Shown here: in pieces, positions 56,505 to 64,000 of the stretch
Layout: every line of letters starts with the position of its first letter
Position numbering within the stretch: the first letter of the stretch is position 1
Made by a program: the position numbers and the translations under genes
DNA from: Naegleria gruberi
Taxonomy: Eukaryota
Assembly (NCBI GenBank): GCA_000004985.1
Contig: GG738926.1
Direction: 5' to 3' (one strand)
Length of the DNA: 64,000 nt
The notes under the pieces: generated by a model
What the model was told of the DNA's origin: nothing
What the model saw: only the letters and a program-made list of their open reading frames with translations
Databases searched by the model: none

Positions 56505-57050
56505 CACTGGGAAGACTTCTCTATTGCCTATTATCTCTCAAAATGTAAAGACAAGAATGGGTTGAAAAATTAGCAACGAACTGAACTGAGACGAAGATCA
56601 CTTGAAATACAATCAATTAATATGCAGGGTGTGTTCTCATTCAATTCGTTCAGAATAAGTTCATTCAATTAGAGAAGGTGATACTTCCAAAATCAAACAT
56701 GGACAAGATAAGTTAGTGGATGAGTTATTGAATTCTATTAGTATGGAAAGGTTGAAATTTATCCTTGATTGCTTTTTTACAACACATCCCCAGTTGATTA
56801 ACAAAGCATTTAGTGTTTTGCATGAATCAAAGATTGAGAAGGCAGTGCCAGGTTTCATCCTTCAATAAGAGAGAGACAGCTTTGGCAGAAAGCAATGGTT
56901 GCCAAGAAATATCAAATTCTTTACTCCAGAGCATATTTATTGTGAGACTGTTCATGGAATCAAAAAGAGATTTAATCTTTAAGGGAATAAAAAGTTAACT
57001 TTACAAAAAAGATCTATCCAAATGAATAGTCGAAAAAAGTAAAAGAGAAT

Positions 57051-57123
57051 CGCCCACCGTGGGGGTCGAACCCACGACCACAAGGTTAAGAGCCTTGCGC
57101 TCTACCGACTGAGCTAGACGGGC
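57051..57123 (-). tRNA. tRNA-Lys (anticodon CTT)
   Basis: The reverse complement is GCCCGTC-TA-GCTCAGTCGGTAGAGC-G-CAAGG-CTCTTAA-CCTTG-TGGTC-GTGGGTTCGACCCCCAC-GGTGGGC-G, 73 nt with a canonical cloverleaf. Plus-strand A-runs upstream act as its T-run terminator. Confidence 0.85.
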
Positions 57124-57482
57124 TACATTTCATTAACAATATCAACTTTTTGTAAATAAAAATACTATTTTGGGTGGTGGTAAATCTCCAATATTAAGAC
57201 GTCACCTAACAATGGTTCATCAAATCAAGTTTTGGTGTGTATTGGTGGATCTAATCAATCAATTCTTTCGCACTTAATGTGGAGTTAAATTTTCAGTGAT
57301 GAATTATTCCAACTCGTTGATGGTCTCATTCTTCTCTTGCTTGGAGTCCAATCGGAACAAATGATAGCATTAAATCCGTCATTAGTTCCGTTCGCAATTG
57401 ATGTCGCCAATCCAAGGGAGTTAATTGAAATGTTTCAAGGAACCTTAACAAAAAAAGCAACAACATCAAATTCTGTTGAAAT

Positions 57483-58286
57483 ATGCAAAATAGTCTGATG
57501 AAATATTTAATTGTAATCTTGCTATTAACAATAGCTTTCTCAACAAGAAAAGTTGATGCTCTCAACACAGCTGGCAAAGATGTATCCAAGTGTTCCTATC
57601 AGAATACTGTGAAATTGGGAACAACCATGACTCTGTACTGGAATGTCCTGAAGAATCCAAGTGATTCCACCAACCACATTCTTGAATTTGGTTTAATATG
57701 CGTCAATGCAGGATATTGTGCTATTGGATTTGATCATCCTCTTGACAAGGGAATGAATTCCATTGACACCATGTTTGCCTACACAATTTCTGGAACTGCC
57801 TATTTGAAAGATGCCTATTGTAAGACCAAACATGTGTTTCCAACAATTGATGAATTGAGTGGAGGAACCAATGATTATTTGGAAACCAATGGAGGAGTCA
57901 TTGATGGTCAGTATCATTATAGATGGAGCAGAAAAGTCAATACTGGAGATTCCCAAGATGCCACTTTCAAGAATTCAAATGTCTATGTCAGTTGGGCATA
58001 TCACACCAGTTTAACTTCAATTGGTGCTACTCACTCTGAAGCTGGACAGAACGTTCAGGTTAATTTTCTTGCCAACTCACCAACAGAAACTTACCTTTCT
58101 GGAATGATTTATAATTCTTCGTCTCCCTATCCTACTGATTCTTCTAATGATTCTGTGGTAATTGGTGTTGGACACAGATATCATTTATATGCATTGGCCA
58201 TTGCGGTCGGTTCAATGATCATTCTTGGCTTGATTTGTACCTACTTGGGTTCCATCCAATGTAGTTACTCACTTTTTACTTTATAG
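57483..58286 (+). CDS. Secreted/TM-anchored DOMON-like domain protein, 267 aa
   Basis: Real ATG and a signal peptide (MQNSLMKYLIVILLLTIAFSTRKVDA). The DOMON-like core is ..MTLYWNV....ILEFGLICVNAGYCAIGFDHP...MFAYTISG.. A C-terminal TM helix follows (LYALAIAVGSMIILGLICTYLGSI). It ends only 52 bp before the ferric reductase gene on the same strand. Confidence 0.6.
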   Translation: MQNSLMKYLIVILLLTIAFSTRKVDALNTAGKDVSKCSYQNTVKLGTTMTLYWNVLKNPSDSTNHILEFGLICVNAGYCAIGFDHPLDKGMNSIDTMFAYTISGTAYLKDAYCKTKHVFPTIDELSGGTNDYLETNGGVIDGQYHYRWSRKVNTGDSQDATFKNSNVYVSWAYHTSLTSIGATHSEAGQNVQVNFLANSPTETYLSGMIYNSSSPYPTDSSNDSVVIGVGHRYHLYALAIAVGSMIILGLICTYLGSIQCSYSLFTL

Positions 58287-58338
58287 AAAGGTAACCAAGT
58301 TAATTCCATATGATTTTCTAGGAGTTTCCTACATTAAC

Positions 58339-59757
58339 ATGTTCCTAGATTTGACAGTTGGCGAAATGATTGTCATTTCAGTCTATTGGGCATTGATGGT
58401 GATCTGGTTCAGTTATGGAGTTGTAAATCAAGCAGATCCTTTCATTCCAAGAAAGATTTCTTCTGGATATGTACAAATGATCATTTTGAATTACATTTTC
58501 CTGTTCATTCCTGTAACTAGATATAATGTCTTGCAAGCATTATTCGGTATTTCATTTGAAAGGTCTTTGAAATTCCACAAGTGGCTTGGTTTTATGATTT
58601 TTGGATTTGCTACTGGACATGGTGTGACGGAATTCGTTTCATTCAGAGATAACATACCTTACATGTTCTCTGCAGAGGATCAATTCCCACTATTTGGAAT
58701 AATTGCTTGGTTATCTCTTGGATTATTATTGCTCTTCTCTTTCAATCCTATTAGAAGAAAGCTCTATGAATTATTCTTAGTTTTCCACATTCCTCTAACT
58801 TTGGTCACTGTCACCTTCTCAATCATTCATGGAGAAGGTTGGATTAATTTACTTCCTTATATGGGATTTTCAATTATTTTAATGGTAATTGATTGGGCTT
58901 TGCGTTTAATTATTGGATTTGGAATTCCAACCAAGTTGACTCAGATATCATACGATGAGGATTCTGAAGTAACAACCTGTGTATTTGAAAAAAGATTCTT
59001 GACATTCTTCCATGATCCAAACCATGCTCACTATGTTTTCGTCTACATTCCACAAGTTTCCATCTACCAACTTCACCCAATGACAATCAGTTCCTCTGTA
59101 AAGCTTGAAAATGGAAATCATCAATTCATATGCCATATTAAACGAATGGAAGGAGGTACATGGGCAGCCAAGCTTGCTCAATTGGCTAAATCTAAGAAAA
59201 TGGTTTCTGAATACTACGGAGTCAGAGTGGAAGGAGCATATGGCAACTTGTCAATTCCATTCTTTGCAAAGAAGAATGATCAGAAGAGAACCATTGTATT
59301 CATAGTTGCGGGAATTGGAGCAACTCCTTGTAATGCTATTTTGACAGCACTAGAAGATCCAAAATATAACGATCCAACTCCTTATAAGGTATATGTTAAC
59401 TTTACAATGAGAAATGAGGCAACTTTGGCCCAAATGAGTAAGATTATGCAACAGAAACCAAATGTTGAATGCTCATTCTATGTAACTGGTGTTAAATCTG
59501 TGAAAAAATCAATAGAGTTAATGGAGAAGGGTCAGGATAATAGCGAAGACAAGAGATTTGTCAGAGGATCAAGACCTAACTATGTGGAATATTTGGAAAA
59601 GATCAAATCTCAAATTATTCAATCAAAATCACTTGAATATGTTTCTGTTTTTGCTTGTGGTCCATCTAAAATGATGAATGCAGTGCATAATGCTGTGTGG
59701 ACATGCAGTGATTCATCTTGCCGATTCGAGTTGCACAAAGAAGAATTTGAATTTTAA
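58339..59757 (+). CDS. Ferric reductase / NADPH oxidase (NOX)-like transmembrane oxidoreductase, 472 aa
   Basis: Real ATG. It has six TM helices with paired heme-ligand histidines (HKWLGFMIFGFATGHG ; FLVFHIPLTLVTVTFSIIHG). The FAD-binding motif is HPMTISS and the NAD(P)H-binding motif is IVAGIGATP, with C-terminal CGPxxM (FACGPSKMM). Confidence 0.8.
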   Translation: MFLDLTVGEMIVISVYWALMVIWFSYGVVNQADPFIPRKISSGYVQMIILNYIFLFIPVTRYNVLQALFGISFERSLKFHKWLGFMIFGFATGHGVTEFVSFRDNIPYMFSAEDQFPLFGIIAWLSLGLLLLFSFNPIRRKLYELFLVFHIPLTLVTVTFSIIHGEGWINLLPYMGFSIILMVIDWALRLIIGFGIPTKLTQISYDEDSEVTTCVFEKRFLTFFHDPNHAHYVFVYIPQVSIYQLHPMTISSSVKLENGNHQFICHIKRMEGGTWAAKLAQLAKSKKMVSEYYGVRVEGAYGNLSIPFFAKKNDQKRTIVFIVAGIGATPCNAILTALEDPKYNDPTPYKVYVNFTMRNEATLAQMSKIMQQKPNVECSFYVTGVKSVKKSIELMEKGQDNSEDKRFVRGSRPNYVEYLEKIKSQIIQSKSLEYVSVFACGPSKMMNAVHNAVWTCSDSSCRFELHKEEFEF

Positions 59758-59868
59758 AATTGGTTTTCTTTTTAATAAAATCACCAACATCAACGTTATG
59801 AGTACATTCCTTCAAAACAAAGCAAACAGTGTGTTAGTACAATCATATTCTAAAGCCAAAAGATAAAT

Positions 59869-59941
59869 CGCCCACTGTGGGGGTCGAACCCACGACCACA
59901 AGGTTAAGAGCCTTGCGCTCTACCGACTGAGCTAGACGGGC
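59869..59941 (-). tRNA. tRNA-Lys (anticodon CTT)
   Basis: It is identical to the 57051 copy except for one acceptor-stem substitution (G67->A), which changes a U-G pair to U-A. It is 73 nt. Confidence 0.85.
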
Positions 59942-60025
59942 TACCTTTCACATTGAATATCAACTTTTTATATCCTAAAACTTGAGTTTTTGTAATATTT
60001 TGTTTTTTATTTTATTATCACATCA

Positions 60026-61672
60026 CTAATACAATCGGATAAATGGTTTTGGTTCTTCGTAATAAACAATTCTATAAGGATAATCTCTCTTATAATAAGT
60101 GTTAGAACGGAATTCAATTGGATTAACTTCAACATTTGGAAAATGTGGTTGGAATAATCTTTCAATAATTGCTCTGTTGTCATTTACATTAACATAGTCC
60201 AATTTTGGGAATTTCAGACCGTGTACAGAGCACACATCAGCTGGAAAGTCCCTTTCTAATAAAACAAAATCAAAAGTAACTTTCTTGACGCATTGTGGAA
60301 TTCTATAAATGACATCCATCACAGCCTTTGGTTTAAGCTTGTCATTCTCCAATTCTCTTTCCAAATGAGGAGAAAATAGAACCAATTCTTCAACGTTACT
60401 GCAATTCTTCTCAAAAAACTTGTTTAGTTGAACTTCGTCCTTAAACCAAGTATACAATGGAATGTGCAAGACTTTGACATTTTTCAAAAATCTCTTTTCA
60501 TAACTGATATATTCATGGTAGACATCCTTAATCCAAACTACAGGATTTGGATCAAAATGGAAAGCATATTCAGTAATGGCAACCCTCTTGTCCATAACAT
60601 TTTCAGAATAGAAATCGAATAATGAAGATTTGATGACTTGGTCAAAGATGTGATAAGGTTGTAATGGTTTTTCGGATTTTCCCTTGGTGGAGTTGAATGC
60701 ATTCAAGTGTGAATCGATATTGTTGATAAAGTTTTCATAGGAAATGTCAAGATAATCACGTCTGGATAAACTTTTAGCTGCCAAATGTCTCCACAAACGG
60801 CAGGTGGAGGAAACTTGCATGACTGAATAAATTGGAAGGTAGGAAAAGACTGCATAGATGATTTCATCATTGATCAATTTGTAGAACATCTTGTTGACCT
60901 TGGTTTCATCCTTGAGCAGATCTTGATTCATCTTTAAGATTCTTCCAGTTTCTTCTTGTTTATCCAACTTGTAAGCATTCTCCAAATCGTTAAGGGATTG
61001 CTCACTTGCACTATTCATGAACAAGTAGGAAGATCCTCTCATATAATAACAATAGGCAACAGCTTTAGAATCAGCAGCTAGATAAATGTCATCAATGATT
61101 TTAACACATTCTGCGTATTGGCAGGAATTGTAAAGTGAAACTGCAATGTTGAAATCCAACTCTTCAGCACTGATTAGTGAACCAGTGGATGGTGCCTTGG
61201 AGAAGAAACTAGACCAAACCTTCTCATAGATTAGTTTGTTTTGTTCACAGCATGCATTAACTTTAGTTTCAATTTCGGATTTCAAGTGAGCATGTGTTGA
61301 ATCTTGCAACAAGTCTCTAGTCCTGATCAATAGTTTAGTAGCTTGATCAAAATCACATGCAATAGCATGACAACATGCCTCCAAATATGAGAAAACATAA
61401 ACATTTCCCACACTTTCGTCCATTTCCAAAGCCAATTCCATTGATCTTTTAGCTTCCTTTTCATGAGCAGCTTGTACTTCCAGGAATGCTCTCTGTACAT
61501 ACAAGATTGCTTTCACCTTCTTGTCACTTGCCTTCTTCAAATCTTCTTCGATTGATTGCATCGTTTTGCTCTCTCTATAATTTCTCAACATGCCCAAAAG
61601 TGATGATTTGGCCACGAGTGGACAACCAGTATAATGAAGAAAGAGTGAACTGAATGGAGTGTTTGCAACCAT
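60026..61672 (-). CDS. F-box protein with a TPR-like helical N-terminal region, 548 aa
   Basis: Real ATG at 61670-61672. A central F-box motif is present (IIYAVFSYLPIYSVMQVSSTCRLWRHLAAKSL). The N-terminal ~300 aa are helical-repeat-like. Confidence 0.6.
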   Translation of the reverse strand: MVANTPFSSLFLHYTGCPLVAKSSLLGMLRNYRESKTMQSIEEDLKKASDKKVKAILYVQRAFLEVQAAHEKEAKRSMELALEMDESVGNVYVFSYLEACCHAIACDFDQATKLLIRTRDLLQDSTHAHLKSEIETKVNACCEQNKLIYEKVWSSFFSKAPSTGSLISAEELDFNIAVSLYNSCQYAECVKIIDDIYLAADSKAVAYCYYMRGSSYLFMNSASEQSLNDLENAYKLDKQEETGRILKMNQDLLKDETKVNKMFYKLINDEIIYAVFSYLPIYSVMQVSSTCRLWRHLAAKSLSRRDYLDISYENFINNIDSHLNAFNSTKGKSEKPLQPYHIFDQVIKSSLFDFYSENVMDKRVAITEYAFHFDPNPVVWIKDVYHEYISYEKRFLKNVKVLHIPLYTWFKDEVQLNKFFEKNCSNVEELVLFSPHLERELENDKLKPKAVMDVIYRIPQCVKKVTFDFVLLERDFPADVCSVHGLKFPKLDYVNVNDNRAIIERLFQPHFPNVEVNPIEFRSNTYYKRDYPYRIVYYEEPKPFIRLY

Positions 61673-63109
61673 TGAATCTTATTGTTGTTTAAAGTTTGTT
61701 TTTTTGCTTTGGTTGTGATATTGTTTACGTTGAAGATTTTAAGTTGGTTTTGATTGTTTGTGAACAATATCCTATCATGAGAAAATGAAAATGGCAAAAC
61801 TGTTGTGGGTAATGTTTGTTTGTGATGTATCCCGAGTTGATGATTTCAAATAAATTAAAAGTACCTACAACGTAAATAGAAGGTCTGAAACAAATCATTA
61901 ATTTCTAAACAATGATACGGACGTGATGATTTCTCGCGTGATGAGGAATAATTATACTAGGCCATCTTGCATGTGCCAACGTCAAACCTACACATCTAAT
62001 GATTTTGGTAGTGTTTTATTGTTCTGCAAAACCAATAACAATTTGGTATTAACAATATTTTGATGATTGTTTTAACAGTGGTAAAATTGATAAAAAATTT
62101 TAAAAAGAAAAATTCTTCAACAAATCCAACTCTTTCTCAGTTGGTGATTTTCAACAGCAATACTTGATAACATTTAAAACGATTGGATGCAGAACATGGA
62201 GGTATAATATGGAAGCACCATTATTAGATTTTAGACAATTCTATCATCAATTGCGGATTTTGGAAAGCAATTATTAAATTTATAAAAACTTTTTTGTGGA
62301 TTCATGGCTGGAAACCTTCATCGTTATGAGTAATCATCAAGAATATAACAACAAAGTGGATGCGACCGTTTTATTTCAAGAAGATGACCATCAATTTTAA
62401 TTTTATAATTTTCATCAACATCAACAACATGTAGAACAAAAAGAACAACATTTCCTTGTTCTACATCATCAATTACATCACCCCAGAAAGTTTCAAAACT
62501 TTCCTTCGAGCAAGTGAAGAGCTGTAGAAGATGTAAGTAAAATTAATTTCAGCAAGCGAAAAACACCTTTGAACAAACTTGGTGAGGAGGACGAAGATTT
62601 GTTATCGTACCTCATCAGGATGGGTGATTTGCCAATGCTTTTCGAGCATTTTCCATAATTTGCCAAGTTGAATTTTCACATGCTTCCTAACATTAACCAT
62701 TCATCATCTACTTCTTTAATCTTCATCACCACAACAATAAATACATCCCAGTGATGTTATCTACCAACAGTTTTCTTCTTGTTAATTCATATCAACAGCT
62801 AACAAAGAGAATCATCAAGCCTTCCACCAACAACAAATTAGTCTTGCTTTCCTTGCAACTACATGTATGACAGGATAGACAAGCAACCTTCCTAACCGAT
62901 TTCATACCAATATTTAAAGTCATATCACAACCATTTTGTCAAGAAATATTAAAATAAGTGAAATGATTCTTTGCAGCTTGGATTCAACAACATTAGTAAC
63001 AGAGATGCTGACCAAAATTGGAAAAACTGATGTGAAACTTTGATCAACTTTGCTAAAAAGAGTTGTGACTACATTTCAACAGATTGGAATGTTATTACTC
63101 TTGCACATA

Positions 63110-63970
63110 TTACAATGACAACTTGTAATTTTTCATGTCAGCTTGTTTGGGAACAATCACCATGCATATTGTAGCAGTTATTTCCATCTTATCTTCTGGC
63201 TTACTCAACAATCTACCAGCTCCAAAAGAATGTTCATTGAAAATGTCCCCTTTCTTTTCAACTAATAGCTCTCTACAGAATAGCTTACCAGTTTCTGAAT
63301 GATACAAATCAATAATTTTCGGCAATTCTTCCTCATCATACTCATCCTCTTCCTCTTCCTCATCATAATCCAGGTTCTTACTACTAAATATAATAGTTCC
63401 ATAATACAAATCAAATAATTTAAATCTATTATTGCATCTTGTCAGAAAATCAATAATATTGGCATCATATTTTGTGGTGCATCGTTTAACATATTCCAGA
63501 AACGGCTCATTCTTTCCTCTTCTTGGGTGTTCATTCTCATCATCACTACCCATAATATAAACAGAGAATGGACACTCATGATACCTATTGGATTGTTCAA
63601 TAATAATTCTCAATATATCAGATCTATCTTTTGGATTCTCACTAAAACAAATCTGATTTACTCCACTTCCGATACTTAAAAAGAGAGCATCCAATCTTCT
63701 AGTCAATGCTGTTGGATAATAATCTTCATCTTCATTATTTCCATCAGATTCAGCATCGAAATCAGCAAGTATATCATAAGCTTCCTCTGAAATATCATCC
63801 GTAGTGCCAAATAATTTATCCTTGTATTTATCGTACTCATAATATTCTTCACCATTAATTATTCTTTTCCCTATTCTAGCATAATCATCTTCGGAATCTT
63901 CATCATCTTCCGAAGAAGGGTTTTCGTACTCGGAATTTTCTTCCTCATAATCAATTCTCTTTCTTTTCAT
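63110..63970 (-). CDS. Acidic (D/E-rich) hypothetical protein, 286 aa
   Basis: Real ATG at 63968-63970 with K/R-rich first residues (MKRKRI). It has long acidic tracts and no recognised domain. Confidence 0.5.
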   Translation of the reverse strand: MKRKRIDYEEENSEYENPSSEDDEDSEDDYARIGKRIINGEEYYEYDKYKDKLFGTTDDISEEAYDILADFDAESDGNNEDEDYYPTALTRRLDALFLSIGSGVNQICFSENPKDRSDILRIIIEQSNRYHECPFSVYIMGSDDENEHPRRGKNEPFLEYVKRCTTKYDANIIDFLTRCNNRFKLFDLYYGTIIFSSKNLDYDEEEEEDEYDEEELPKIIDLYHSETGKLFCRELLVEKKGDIFNEHSFGAGRLLSKPEDKMEITATICMVIVPKQADMKNYKLSL

Positions 63971-64000
63971 TTTTTTTAAAATTCTCTTAATTTATTTCAC

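Noticed and set aside
58250-58345. Single-gene DOMON-ferric reductase fusion via an intron
   Set aside because: I tried all GT donors upstream of the 58284-58286 stop and the acceptor at 58319-58320. No combination keeps the frame, so the ORFs are reported as two adjacent CDSs, with the fusion question left as a finding.
1-64000. Prokaryote-style features (operons, RBS, CRISPR arrays, IS elements) and eukaryotic transposons/LTRs
   Set aside because: Genes have spliceosomal introns and eukaryotic tRNAs. I found no direct-repeat/spacer arrays, no transposase/integrase/RT-like ORFs and no long terminal or inverted repeats. The only dispersed repeats are the tRNA-Lys copies and the local 72-bp duplication.

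Overview
This window reads as AT-rich eukaryotic nuclear DNA (about one-third GC by eye), not a prokaryotic locus. It has short spliceosomal introns of about 40-140 nt, almost all starting GTAAGT (a few GTATGT or GTAGGT) and ending (A/T)AG. It contains T-run-terminated tRNA genes, and has no operons, CRISPR arrays or transposase. I count about 35 protein-coding genes, mostly 0-6 introns each, and 5 tRNA genes: Gln-TTG, Ile-AAT and three Lys-CTT. Gene content is dominated by signalling proteins. There are two giant paralogous receptor Ser/Thr kinases whose ectodomain is NHL repeats plus a long tandem array of tenascin-type EGF repeats. There is a third receptor kinase with a beta-helix-like ectodomain, one cytoplasmic kinase, two paralogous 7TM receptors with a C-terminal RGS domain, another RGS-domain protein, and a two-TM receptor-type adenylate/guanylate cyclase. 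The rest includes a BTB/KCTD protein, three F-box-like proteins, a vWA protein, a DOMON protein adjacent to a ferric-reductase/NOX-like oxidoreductase, and a multi-exon pyruvate carboxylase. Compact gene spacing, GTAAGT introns and a kinase/cyclase/RGS-rich repertoire would fit a free-living amoeboid protist (for example a heterolobosean such as Naegleria). That is a low-confidence guess from sequence style only. The points most worth a second look are a 6-nt microexon encoding the AP of the kinase APE motif, two reading-frame discontinuities inside otherwise conserved genes (pyruvate carboxylase and a kinase), and a DEAD-box gene reduced to a degenerate N-terminal RecA domain. Also notable are a tandem about 72-bp promoter-proximal duplication, a tandem pair of small mitochondrial-type membrane protein paralogs, and tRNA-Lys copies that share a conserved 5' flank. 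All coordinates were derived by hand from the printed sequence and the ORF track, so exon boundaries should be treated as +/-2 nt.
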